Part shown: in pieces, positions 10,518 to 20,079 of the stretch | Layout: each line of letters opens with the position of its first letter | Numbering within the stretch: the stretch's first letter is position 1 | Assembly: GCA_023142215.1 (NCBI GenBank) | Contig: JAGLJW010000022.1 | Span: forward strand, 3,315-67,314 | From: Candidatus Parcubacteria bacterium | GTDB taxonomy: Bacteria > Patescibacteriota > Patescibacteriia > Patescibacteriales > UBA12075 | Length of the DNA: 64,000 bases | Direction: 5' to 3' | Program-made: the position numbers and the translations under genes | Notes under the pieces: model-generated | Told to the model about the DNA's origin: nothing | Database searches by the model: none | The model's input: only the letters and a program-made list of their open reading frames with translations

Positions 10518-11564
10518 TTAAATCAAGCTTTTCAACTTTTCATATTTCTCATCAGATTTTTTAAAATAAGTCATCGCCCAATCTTTCTGCTCTTCTGTAA
10601 GTTTACTATTATTTTCAATCACCTCTCTCAATTCATTTTCATTAAATCCTGAAATAAATTTTGGTTTTTCATTAAAAATATGGTTATACAATCTTTCAAA
10701 TTTCACTATGCTATAAATAGATTTCATTATTCCACCATCAGTCGCTCCCTCCTTACAAACATTAATTTTTTCAAGTGAGTTTTTTATAAATTCTTTGCCA
10801 TACCTTAATAACAAGATTCTGCCTATACTCATTGCATCAAAACCAAAAACATAATCATTATCAGGATAAGTTTTTACATTAAAACCAGAAAGTAATAATT
10901 TTTCATTCGCAAAATCTGCAGTATCATAAGCTTTTTGTATTTTTGAGCTAGGTGGAAAAATTTTATATTCTGACTCTACACCAGTTGGTGACTCCAATTT
11001 AATTCTATTATCTAAAAATATTTTTCTATTAAAAATTATTGAATAAGAACCCATGGGCAAATATTCCTTGTCTTTAATTTTAAATTTCCACCAATAACGA
11101 GGAGACAAAGACACAACAGCAGTTTTGTCATTCTGAAATTTATCTAAAAAAGGAATAACATCTTTAAGCAAGTACTTATCATCATCACATAAATAAACAA
11201 TATCAGAATTTACATATTTCCTAATAAGATAATCTACTTTTTTACCATGATAAAAGTTCATAAATTTAATGTAATCACTTCCTTCAAACTTCTTCCTATC
11301 CATATCACCAATTGAATCAACTATTAAAAAATTCCATTTATCCTTATCTAAATTTTTCTGAACAAAATATAACCAAACTCTAGCATAATCCTCCGAAATA
11401 GAACAAGTCATTATTGTTGGCTTATTATTGTTTTTCTTATTTTTACCTAACAATACTCTCAAACTTGGTAAAACTACTTTTGGTGAACTATAAAAATAAT
11501 TAAACCATTTCACTGCCCTGGGAGCAATTATCCAAAAAGGTAAATCTTTTTTGTTTGTAAACAT
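10518..11564 (-). CDS. Hypothetical protein, possible GT-A-like glycosyltransferase
   Basis: 348-aa ORF tightly packed between GT4 genes. It has an acidic LCDDDKY (DXD-like) motif. I recognise no other signature. Confidence 0.3.
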   Translation of the reverse strand: MFTNKKDLPFWIIAPRAVKWFNYFYSSPKVVLPSLRVLLGKNKKNNNKPTIMTCSISEDYARVWLYFVQKNLDKDKWNFLIVDSIGDMDRKKFEGSDYIKFMNFYHGKKVDYLIRKYVNSDIVYLCDDDKYLLKDVIPFLDKFQNDKTAVVSLSPRYWWKFKIKDKEYLPMGSYSIIFNRKIFLDNRIKLESPTGVESEYKIFPPSSKIQKAYDTADFANEKLLLSGFNVKTYPDNDYVFGFDAMSIGRILLLRYGKEFIKNSLEKINVCKEGATDGGIMKSIYSIVKFERLYNHIFNEKPKFISGFNENELREVIENNSKLTEEQKDWAMTYFKKSDEKYEKLKSLI

Positions 11565-11568
11565 ATTT

Positions 11569-12687
11569 TTAATTTAATTCAAGGTATTTAAATATTTGAA
11601 GCTGAGCTTTATTCATTGTTTCTGTATTATATTTTTTTGAAAAATCTTCACTTATTTTACAGGACATACTCCTAAGTTTATCCTCATCATAAATCAATTT
11701 CCTTAGTTTATCACAAAATTCATCAACATTGCCCCCGTCTATCACATAACCACTTTCATCTTCTTTGATAATATTTCTTACCCCACTTACACGAGTCGTT
11801 ACTATTGGCAAACCTGCAGATGCAGCTTCCATAAACACCTTGGCAAATCCTTCATAATATGATGTTAATATAAAAATATCTGACTTTTGAAAATATTCAA
11901 TAATTTCTTCGTGCTTAACAAACTTAGTATATCTAACAAAATCATTTAGTCCTAATTTTTTAATTTCACTTTCTAAATATTCCCTCAAAGGTCCGTCACC
12001 TATAATCGTGAAAGTAATTTTTTTCTCCCCTGTCCTAATTCTGATTGTTTTAATAACATCAATAAGCATTTTTAAATTTTTCTGCTTCACTAATCTCCCT
12101 ACGTATAAAATATTTACTTTGTTATCTATATTTTCATACTTTCGATTAACACTGAATTTTTTAATATTTGACGGAATAACAGGTTTCCAAAACACCTTAT
12201 TCCTAAACACTTCTTTTAAATCATCAACCGTTTCATAACCATCAGTTTGAATAGCATTTGCCCTTTTGAAAACTATCTTACCAATCTTTTTATAGATTCT
12301 ATGGAAAAAAGACTCTTTCAACCAATATTTATCAAAAATATTTGTTCCAAACACTCCCACTAGTAATTTAATTTTTTTTCTAAACACCAAAAAATATCCA
12401 ACTAAACCAGTCAAAAATGGATCCTGCGTAATAATCAAATCAATATTTTTTTTCTTTATAATATCCCTACAAATAAAAAAAGAATCTAAAATATAAAAAT
12501 ATCTATTCAAAGAGCCAGTTGAATGGATAGATAATTGGTTTGATATTTTGTTTAAAAAATTTTTCTTTTTAGAAAAAACGACAATATCCAAACTATCCAA
12601 CATTTCTGAATACTTTATCATTCTCCTAATAGCATCATTGTCTCTTTTAAGAATATCACCGTCCAAGCTTATCATTAAAGTTTTCAT
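11569..12687 (-). CDS. GT4 glycosyltransferase
   Basis: YYEGFAKVFMEAASAGLPIVTT. Confidence 0.8.
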   Translation of the reverse strand: MKTLMISLDGDILKRDNDAIRRMIKYSEMLDSLDIVVFSKKKNFLNKISNQLSIHSTGSLNRYFYILDSFFICRDIIKKKNIDLIITQDPFLTGLVGYFLVFRKKIKLLVGVFGTNIFDKYWLKESFFHRIYKKIGKIVFKRANAIQTDGYETVDDLKEVFRNKVFWKPVIPSNIKKFSVNRKYENIDNKVNILYVGRLVKQKNLKMLIDVIKTIRIRTGEKKITFTIIGDGPLREYLESEIKKLGLNDFVRYTKFVKHEEIIEYFQKSDIFILTSYYEGFAKVFMEAASAGLPIVTTRVSGVRNIIKEDESGYVIDGGNVDEFCDKLRKLIYDEDKLRSMSCKISEDFSKKYNTETMNKAQLQIFKYLELN

Positions 12688-12691
12688 ACTT

Positions 12692-13837
12692 TTATTTCTT
12701 TAGTATTTCTACAATACTATTTATCATTACCCCCCTATGAAATTCATTTAAACTTTCTTTTGCTCTAGTTACTAAATTATAACTTTTCTCTTTATTTTTC
12801 CACAAATCAATAATGTTATTTTTAATTTTAACTTTATTGTTATACTCAACTAGAATACCATTTTTATTATTACTAATCAACTCAGAATTACCACCAACTT
12901 TTGTTGTAACAACTGGAATACCAACAAAAAATGCTTCAATAATTACATGAGATAAACCCTCATATCCCGTATTCAAAACAAACATTTCCGACGCTTTCAT
13001 ATATTTCAGAACATCAGGCTGTTTCTTGCTGGTTAAAATAAAAACCTCATTATTTAAATTTAAATCATCAATTTTAGACTCTAATTTTTCTTTATCAGGA
13101 CCATTCCCGACTATTAATAATTTAAAATTAGGATTTTCTTCAAGTAAATCAGGCATTAATTCTATCAATAATTCAAAACCTTTCCATGGAACTAATCTAC
13201 CGGAAGTCAATATTATATCACCTTCTAAATTTAATTCTTCTTTTACCTCCTTTTTTGACAAATTAAAATCTACCACATTAACTGAATTATAAATAACTTT
13301 TACTTTTTCTTCTTTTGCCCCCCATCCTACAACAATACTTTTTAAATATTCACTAGGAGTAATCACTAACTTAGCACTTTTAACTACACATTTCTGAATT
13401 TTTCGAAACAACTCAACTTTATAATTATACCTTATCTTCTGAAAATCGTCTAATAAATCTTCAACGCCAAATCTTTGTCTGCCTTGCTCCCAGGCATAGT
13501 CGCCAACTACTTTTAATAAATAATCTTTACCCGCCAACTTACAAGCCATGGTCGCTGGCAAACCTTCACTAACAGGTCCTTGAATGTAAATAACATCTGC
13601 CCATTTTCTTAATTTCCACACCTGACAAAAATATCTAAAATATCTAAAGACAACATTCCGTTTTCTGCTAATTTTATATATATCTTTGACCTCTTCATTA
13701 TCTCCATATGTTACTATTTTTACCTCAAATCCGTTTCTTGGCAATTCTTCTTGTAAAGTTTTAACATAAGTAGCAGGCCCACCAATGTCTGGCGGATAAA
13801 TTCCAGTTGCTATTAATATTTTTTTTGCTTTATTCAT
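12692..13837 (-). CDS. GT4 glycosyltransferase
   Basis: N-terminal GIYPPDIGGPATY and C-terminal GYEGLSHVIIEAFFVGIPVVTT. Confidence 0.8.
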   Translation of the reverse strand: MNKAKKILIATGIYPPDIGGPATYVKTLQEELPRNGFEVKIVTYGDNEEVKDIYKISRKRNVVFRYFRYFCQVWKLRKWADVIYIQGPVSEGLPATMACKLAGKDYLLKVVGDYAWEQGRQRFGVEDLLDDFQKIRYNYKVELFRKIQKCVVKSAKLVITPSEYLKSIVVGWGAKEEKVKVIYNSVNVVDFNLSKKEVKEELNLEGDIILTSGRLVPWKGFELLIELMPDLLEENPNFKLLIVGNGPDKEKLESKIDDLNLNNEVFILTSKKQPDVLKYMKASEMFVLNTGYEGLSHVIIEAFFVGIPVVTTKVGGNSELISNNKNGILVEYNNKVKIKNNIIDLWKNKEKSYNLVTRAKESLNEFHRGVMINSIVEILKK

Positions 13838-15042
13838 TTCAATAATTTTTTAAATAATTCTCTCATATCTTTAGAAATAATATTCCAATCATATTTTTGA
13901 ACAACCATTTCATAAGCATTTTTTACTATTTCATTTTTTAATTCTTTATCTTCTAATACTAATTTTATTTTTTTAGTAATATTTTTAGAATTATGCACTT
14001 TGCAAAAAACGCCTGTCGCTTTTTTATTTAAATTTTTTTCTTTATCAAAAAGAAAATCTACTATTCCTCCAACTGGCGTGGCTATCACGGGAATTTTTGT
14101 TGCCATTGCTTCAATAAATGAATTTCCCATTCCTTCTGAAAGCGAAGGTCGTATAAATACATCTGATATTTTTAAATATTTTGGCATTACTTCATGATTA
14201 ATCATTCCTAAAAATTTAACTCTTTCTTCAACTTTCTCTTCAGTTGCCAGTTTTTGTAATTTTTTTTTATCTGGGCCATCGCCTAAAATCAAAAATTTTA
14301 CATCATTTGATAAATATTTTAAAGATTTAATAACATCATCTATTCCATTTTTCTTAACTAAACGAGATGTTGTAATAATAAATTTATCACCAATTCTTTT
14401 ATTTAACTCATTTTTCAAACTATTAAGTTCATCTTGATCATATTCCTGACTAAAGTGCTTAACATTAACAGCATTCGGAATTACAATTGGCTCTCCTTTA
14501 AATTTCATACTTTTTCCAAAATCAGCTAAATACTTTGAAATTACTTGTAAACAATCAGCTCTTGTGAAAATTTGTTTGAACAAGGGATAAACAAATTTAA
14601 CTTTCTTTTTTATATAATCAATTGGATCACCTTCTTGCAATGTCAATAAATAAGGAACATTCGGATTTTTCTTTTTAAAAAACATTGCTGAAAAACCAGC
14701 ATAAGCAGCCATCATTGCCCAAATTCCACTATATGTATTTTTTCTATGAAGTGCTATTGCTTTTTTATATGCGATAAAAGGGAAAATTAATTTATTCAAT
14801 TTTAAAGGAAAATTAATTAAATCACTCATCTTAATTCCTTTTCTGGAGAAACCTATTCTATAAACGTTTATATTTCCAATTCTTTCAAATTTAGGCAAAT
14901 TACTATCAAACCTCAAAGTAATCATATCAAACTCAATATCAAAAATTCTATCAGTAATTTCTTTTAAAGCAATTTCAGCCCCTCCTAAATATGGATCATA
15001 GGTAGTAGAAAATATTAAAATTTTCTTTTTTTTGTCATTCAT
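13834..15042 (-). CDS. GT4 glycosyltransferase
   Basis: LSEGMGNSFIEAMATKIPVIATPVGG. It has a 4-nt overlap with the downstream gene. Confidence 0.8.
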   Translation of the reverse strand: MNDKKKKILIFSTTYDPYLGGAEIALKEITDRIFDIEFDMITLRFDSNLPKFERIGNINVYRIGFSRKGIKMSDLINFPLKLNKLIFPFIAYKKAIALHRKNTYSGIWAMMAAYAGFSAMFFKKKNPNVPYLLTLQEGDPIDYIKKKVKFVYPLFKQIFTRADCLQVISKYLADFGKSMKFKGEPIVIPNAVNVKHFSQEYDQDELNSLKNELNKRIGDKFIITTSRLVKKNGIDDVIKSLKYLSNDVKFLILGDGPDKKKLQKLATEEKVEERVKFLGMINHEVMPKYLKISDVFIRPSLSEGMGNSFIEAMATKIPVIATPVGGIVDFLFDKEKNLNKKATGVFCKVHNSKNITKKIKLVLEDKELKNEIVKNAYEMVVQKYDWNIISKDMRELFKKLLK

Positions 15043-15916
15043 CTGTATTTTTTATCTTTTCTATAAAATCTTTAATATTATTTTTAGATTCCCATCCTAG
15101 CTCTTTAATTTTACTGGTATTAATACGCGAAAATTTTCTATCGCCTTCTTTTGCTGGTGTCATAATAATTTCACCACCAAACATTTTCGCTATTTCTAAA
15201 ACAGAATATTCACATTTTGATCCAATGCAATAACCATCACCTTGCCCCTTTCCACCAACCTTGACTAATCCATCAACAATATCATCAACGTGCGTAAATA
15301 ATCTTCTTTGCGTTCCGGGAAACGTAACTGTTAATGGTTCTTTATTTTTATATTTTTTAATAAAAATACCAATTAAAGTAGCGTATTTTCCATCAGAAAT
15401 TTCACCCTGTCCGTAAACATTATAGAAATAAGTTATAGCATAATCAAGATTAAACCATTTACCATAATTATTTACAAGCTCAGTATTACTTGCTTTTGAC
15501 CAAGAATATGGCGTTTTATTTTGAGCTTCATCGGAATCATCAAATTCACCAAACTTTGTACTTGATCCAGCATAAATTAATCTAATATCCTTTTTTCTAC
15601 AATATTCCAATACAGCCATAGTCCCCAAAATATTAAAATCCAAAACTTTTTCAACATCATCAAAGCTTGTTAAAACACGAGAATATTCACCAAGATGATA
15701 AACTAAATCAATTTTTTCAGTTATTATTTTTTCAATATCTTTTGTATGACCATCAAAATAATTAACACCCTTGACATGATTATCTTTTTCCCCAGTAAAA
15801 TAATTATCTAAAGAAATTACAGAATTTCCCAATTTTAAAAAATACTCACACAAATGTGAACCAATAAAACCAGCTCCACCCGTAATTAATATCTTTTTAT
15901 TTTTTAATTGACTCAT
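15035..15916 (-). CDS. NAD-dependent sugar epimerase/dehydratase (extended SDR)
   Basis: KKILITGGAGFIGSHL Rossmann motif and a YSWSK (YxxxK) catalytic motif. I chose the start at the second Met (MSQLKNKK); the ORF-track start is 15934. Confidence 0.85.
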   Translation of the reverse strand: MSQLKNKKILITGGAGFIGSHLCEYFLKLGNSVISLDNYFTGEKDNHVKGVNYFDGHTKDIEKIITEKIDLVYHLGEYSRVLTSFDDVEKVLDFNILGTMAVLEYCRKKDIRLIYAGSSTKFGEFDDSDEAQNKTPYSWSKASNTELVNNYGKWFNLDYAITYFYNVYGQGEISDGKYATLIGIFIKKYKNKEPLTVTFPGTQRRLFTHVDDIVDGLVKVGGKGQGDGYCIGSKCEYSVLEIAKMFGGEIIMTPAKEGDRKFSRINTSKIKELGWESKNNIKDFIEKIKNTDE

Positions 15917-15943
15917 ATTACTCTCAAATATCATTCTTTAATG

Positions 15944-16030
15944 CGGAGAGAACGAGATTCGAACTCGTGGTACCTTTGACAGTACACACGCTTTCCAAGC
16001 GTGCGCCTTAAACCACTCGACCACCTCTCC
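15944..16030 (-). tRNA. tRNA-Ser (anticodon GGA), class II with long variable arm
   Basis: Hand-folded. Acceptor GGAGAGG/TCTCTCC, anticodon stem CACGC/GCGTG with loop TTGGAAA, variable arm GTAC...GTAC, T-arm ACGAG-TTCGAAT-CTCGT. No CCA is encoded. Confidence 0.9.
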
Positions 16031-16081
16031 TTAATAACAATTAACCATTAACTTTTAACAATTAACTATAATAGATTGGGG

Positions 16082-16138
16082 GTGTACAATTAGCGTTTGC
16101 TATAATTTCCATATTTTGTCAAAACACTAATTGTACAC
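16082..16138. repeat. Perfect 12-bp inverted repeat (GTGTACAATTAG ... CTAATTGTACAC) with a 33-nt spacer
   Basis: Read directly from the sequence. It lies between the tRNA-Ser 5' end and the stop of the AlbA_2 gene. No U-tract follows on either strand. Confidence 0.6.
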
Positions 16139-16155
16139 TCAGATCTAATAATATC

Positions 16156-17520
16156 TTACTCTAAAATTTTCCAATGTCCACCCTTCGCTGACCCAATTCT
16201 TTTCAATAAACCTTTTTTCTTTAATTTAGAAATATTTACTTCAATATTTTTAGTTGCAATTCCTATCTTTTTTGATAACTCAACTATTGAAGTATATTTA
16301 TTTCTATTTATTTCTGCTAAAATTTTACTTTGGTTTTCACCCACCTTTTCACCCACCTTTTCGCCCACCTTTTCACCCACCTTTTCACCCACCTTTTCAC
16401 CCACCTTCTTCATCTGTTCTCTTTTGTGAAAAATAACAACAAAAGCTTCTGAATATATTTTATATTCAGGCAACCCATTGCCGTTTTCGATACAATTCTC
16501 ATTTATTCGATAAAAACCACTTCCCCAGCTCTCAATCAATTTAACTTTTTTAAATATTTTAGATAATAATTTATTTCTTAAAATAGACCTTGTTTCTTTT
16601 CCAAGCTTACCAATATCTATTCCTTTGGTAAGTAGACCTGGACTCCAAATCTCTAATCTATCATTAAAAATTCTTATTTGAATATTTCCCGAATCAGAAT
16701 AATCTCTATGAACTATAGCATTAACAATCGCTTCTCTAAGTGCTTCTTCTGGATAGTCCCAAACCTCATCCCGTTGAGACTTGCCCGAAATAACAACTTC
16801 CATACTTATATGTCTTTTTACAAACTCCAAAATCTCGTCAACTGTATCTATATAAGGTGAATTAAAATCTTTCATATCGATAAATTTTGCCATCGTTTTT
16901 CCTTTAAACAAAGCTGCTTTAATCGTGAATTTTGAATAATCTTTATTTCTTGCAAAACATAAATACCCAGCATTCAACAAATTATCATCCTTAACTAACC
17001 CAATTTTTTTCAAAAAATCATATTCATCTTTATATTTTAACTTATAATACTCTTTATTAATCCTACTAATCAATTTTTCATCTAACTTAACATTTTTCAA
17101 AATTCCTCCATAAGAACTCTCATCAAAATTAGGTAAATCATATCTTTTTATCAATTCTCTAACTTTCTGGTTAGTTATTTTTTGATTTGTTTTACCAACT
17201 CTAACATAAGCCCGACCAAAAGCAAAAACTGGTTTATTATCTGATTCAGGTATTTCAACCTCCACTATTTCACCAGGACCATGCGTTAAAATGTTTATTG
17301 AGGGATAAAGTACCGGATCAGTATGATTTTTTATTTTATTAACTAAATCCTCAATAGTCCCTTTCCCTATCTCCATCCCCAAGGGTTCACTATCATCATT
17401 CATACCGATTATAAGCTTACCGCCTTTTTTATTAGCAAAAGCAACCAACGTTATAATTATCTCCTTCCATTCACTAAAAGAAGCTTTTAATTCTATTTTC
17501 TCTGATTCTTGATACATCAT
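16156..17520 (-). CDS. AlbA_2/Schlafen-type DNA-binding domain protein with HATPase_c_4-like core and C-terminal winged HTH (COG2865-like putative regulator)
   Basis: N-terminal ESEKIELKASF...VAFANKKGGKLIIG, central REAIVNAIVHRDY, C-terminal SIVELSKKIGIATKNIEVNISKLKKKGLLKRIG. Confidence 0.65.
   Translation of the reverse strand: MMYQESEKIELKASFSEWKEIIITLVAFANKKGGKLIIGMNDDSEPLGMEIGKGTIEDLVNKIKNHTDPVLYPSINILTHGPGEIVEVEIPESDNKPVFAFGRAYVRVGKTNQKITNQKVRELIKRYDLPNFDESSYGGILKNVKLDEKLISRINKEYYKLKYKDEYDFLKKIGLVKDDNLLNAGYLCFARNKDYSKFTIKAALFKGKTMAKFIDMKDFNSPYIDTVDEILEFVKRHISMEVVISGKSQRDEVWDYPEEALREAIVNAIVHRDYSDSGNIQIRIFNDRLEIWSPGLLTKGIDIGKLGKETRSILRNKLLSKIFKKVKLIESWGSGFYRINENCIENGNGLPEYKIYSEAFVVIFHKREQMKKVGEKVGEKVGEKVGEKVGEKVGENQSKILAEINRNKYTSIVELSKKIGIATKNIEVNISKLKKKGLLKRIGSAKGGHWKILE
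16334..16405 (-). repeat. 12-bp tandem repeat x6 (TTTTCACCCACC on the plus strand), encoding (VGEK)6 in frame
   Basis: Six head-to-tail units with one A>G variant, inside the AlbA_2 gene between the core and the wHTH. Confidence 0.95.
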
Positions 17521-17808
17521 AATTTCTGCTCAATAAACTCTTTAAAACTTGTTATCCTAATAATATCATCTGATTTAATTAAGAATGCTTGTACATCACG
17601 TACTAGTTCTTTCAGATTAACTGTTTCTAATTTCTTTAACAATTCTTTCTTTAATTCTTTTTTTTCTTAATAATTTAAAAATATATTTCCTGCCCACAAT
17701 GTCAACTATAAAAATACAAAAAATCCAACAAAGCTTTTCCTGGTTCTGCAATTTTATAAGATAATTTATATTTTTTAATTAATTTATATCCAATAAACTG
17801 TGCAAATT

Positions 17809-18573
17809 TTATTTTTCTAAATGTTTATCAATGATATTTATTAAGCCTTTTCTGTTATACCCAGCACTATCTATAAAATCTTCCATCGGAGAATCTCCTA
17901 TAATTTTTTCACCATTTATAAAACTAACTGGTACTCCTAAAATATATGCCTTTTCTGCCTTTTCTTTTTGCTCAACAATTTTATCCATATACTTCTCTTC
18001 CTTCATACATTGTTCATATTTTTCCATGTCAAGTCCAATACTTTTAGCGCTTTCTGCTCTTTTTTCTTCTCCAAAAATTCCATCTTCAATATTATATAGC
18101 TTATAATACATTTCCCAGAATTTATCTTGCTCAGCAGCACACTCTGATGCAATTGCTGACAAAATTGTATTTTGCTCAGATTTAAAATAAAAATGTCTAT
18201 ACGCAATTACAATGTCATCACCATATTTTTCTCTTACACTTTTAATAGTTTTAGCATAACTTGACGAAAATTTATTTTCAAAATCACCATAAACTACCAT
18301 TGTAACTTTTGCCTTTTTTAAGTCTCCCAAAATATGATCTGTATCATTAATATTAATAATAGACTCATCAGCATTCATATCTTTTGCCTGATTCATAATA
18401 TCCCTATTTAATGCTTTTAATTTTTCAGCTTCACTTAAATCTTTACTTACATTTTTATTATTTAATCCTTTTTTTATAACAATATTTTCAGGCTTGAAAG
18501 AATTAAAAAAATAAATTCCTGTTACAATAACAAGACACACAATTAAAATAATGTATAAATTTTTTTTACTCAT
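17809..18573 (-). CDS. DsbA-family thioredoxin-fold protein, membrane-anchored, catalytic CXXC replaced (NKFS)
   Basis: It aligns by eye with the paralog at 47799-48563: VVYGDFENKFSSSY versus VYFSDFKCDYCRDQ. It shares ECAAEQDKFWEMY versus RCAQDQDKFWEYH, and GVPVSFING versus GIPFVYVND. Confidence 0.7.
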   Translation of the reverse strand: MSKKNLYIILIVCLVIVTGIYFFNSFKPENIVIKKGLNNKNVSKDLSEAEKLKALNRDIMNQAKDMNADESIININDTDHILGDLKKAKVTMVVYGDFENKFSSSYAKTIKSVREKYGDDIVIAYRHFYFKSEQNTILSAIASECAAEQDKFWEMYYKLYNIEDGIFGEEKRAESAKSIGLDMEKYEQCMKEEKYMDKIVEQKEKAEKAYILGVPVSFINGEKIIGDSPMEDFIDSAGYNRKGLINIIDKHLEK

Positions 18574-18593
18574 ATTTTTTTATAGTTAATTAT

Positions 18594-20012
18594 TTATATA
18601 TTAGAACCAATTCTAAATAAAATCTTCTCATCTAATCTTTTTCCTATTATCTGAACACCAACTGGCATTTCTTTAACTTCCCCCATTGGAATTGAAATTG
18701 CTGGTAAACCAGCTAAAGATGCTGGAGATAGAAAAATATCTTCTAAATACATTTTTAATGGATCATCAACTTGTTGCCCAATTTTAAATGCAATATCTGG
18801 TTGAGTCGGAGTCATAATAGCATCAACTTTTTTGAGTTCACTATCTAATTCATCTTTTATTTTAGTTCGTACTTTCTGAGCCTGCAAATAATATGCATCA
18901 TAATAACCAGCACTAAGAGCGTAAGTACCAATCATTATTCTTCGCTTTGCCTCATCGCCAAATCCTTTGCCTCTACTTTTAGTATAAACTTCTAATAAAT
19001 TTTTAGCTTCTTTATCAGAAAATCCATAACGAATTCCATCAAAGCGTGCTAGATTTGAACTAATTTCACTTGGCGTAATAATGTAATAAACAGGAATTCC
19101 ATATTTTGCATGTGGCAATTCAATATCAATAATCTCAACTCCTTGTTCTCTCAATTTATCTAATAACTTATCAAAAACCTTTAAAATATTTTTATCTGTA
19201 TCTTTTATCAATTTTCGTGGTATCCCAATTTTTATTCTTTCAATACTCTTATTAATCATTTTACTATAGTCCCCAACTGGTTTATCTAAGGCTGTAAAAT
19301 CATTTTCTCCTGGTCCCGCAATTACACTTAAAACAATAGATGCATCTTCTACTGTTTTTGCAATTGGTCCTGGTACATCAGTTGAACTTGTCATAGAAAT
19401 AAGTCCGAAACGTGAACTTCTTCCATAAGTCGGTTTAAGCCCAACAACTCCACAAAAACTAGCTGGACATCTAATTGATCCTCCTGTATCTGTTCCGAGT
19501 GAAAAAATACACATATCATCTGCCACTGCCGCAGCAGATCCCGATGATGAACCACCAGGAACACGTGTATTATCAACTGGATTTAACGTAGCTCCATAAG
19601 CACTATTTTCACCACTAGCACCGTGTGCAAATTCATCCATATTTGCTTTTCCAAGCAAAACAGCTCCAGCTTTTTTTAACTTTTTTATAATAGTAGCATC
19701 ATAGGGTGCAATATAATTGTCTAGTATTTTTGAAGCTACAGTAGTACGAATTCCTTTTGTTAAAATAATATCTTTTGCAATATAAGGAATACCTAAAAGC
19801 TGTCCTGTTTCTCCATTTTTTCGTCGTTCATCAGCTTTTTCAGCTTCCTCTAAAGCCCCTGCTTCACAAACTGTAATTAAGGCATTAATTTTTGGATTTG
19901 TTTTTTTTATCCTACCCAAACAAGCCCGTGTCAATTCCACAGAAGTAATTTCCCCATCTTCAAGCTTAGCCTGTGCCTGTCTTATTGTTAATTGATTCAA
20001 ACTTTTTGACAT
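18594..20012 (-). CDS. gatA: Glu-tRNA(Gln)/Asp-tRNA(Asn) amidotransferase subunit A
   Basis: 472 aa with amidase signature GGSSSGSAAAVAD and the GatA-typical N-terminus. Confidence 0.95.
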   Translation of the reverse strand: MSKSLNQLTIRQAQAKLEDGEITSVELTRACLGRIKKTNPKINALITVCEAGALEEAEKADERRKNGETGQLLGIPYIAKDIILTKGIRTTVASKILDNYIAPYDATIIKKLKKAGAVLLGKANMDEFAHGASGENSAYGATLNPVDNTRVPGGSSSGSAAAVADDMCIFSLGTDTGGSIRCPASFCGVVGLKPTYGRSSRFGLISMTSSTDVPGPIAKTVEDASIVLSVIAGPGENDFTALDKPVGDYSKMINKSIERIKIGIPRKLIKDTDKNILKVFDKLLDKLREQGVEIIDIELPHAKYGIPVYYIITPSEISSNLARFDGIRYGFSDKEAKNLLEVYTKSRGKGFGDEAKRRIMIGTYALSAGYYDAYYLQAQKVRTKIKDELDSELKKVDAIMTPTQPDIAFKIGQQVDDPLKMYLEDIFLSPASLAGLPAISIPMGEVKEMPVGVQIIGKRLDEKILFRIGSNI

Positions 20013-20030
20013 ATCTCTACTACATTATAC

Positions 20031-20078
20031 ATGTGTTATGTGTTATGTGTTATGTGTTATGTGTTATGTGTTATGTGA
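20031..20078. repeat. Heptanucleotide tandem repeat (ATGTGTT), about 6.9 copies, in the gatC-gatA spacer
   Basis: Read directly: ATGTGTT x6 followed by ATGTGA. Confidence 0.95.
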
Positions 20079-20079
20079 A

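Noticed and set aside
16082-16138. The 12-bp inverted repeat as an intrinsic terminator or as a promoter for tRNA-Ser.
   Set aside because: No U-tract follows on either strand. The TTGACA inside the loop has no properly spaced -10. It is kept only as an unexplained inverted repeat.
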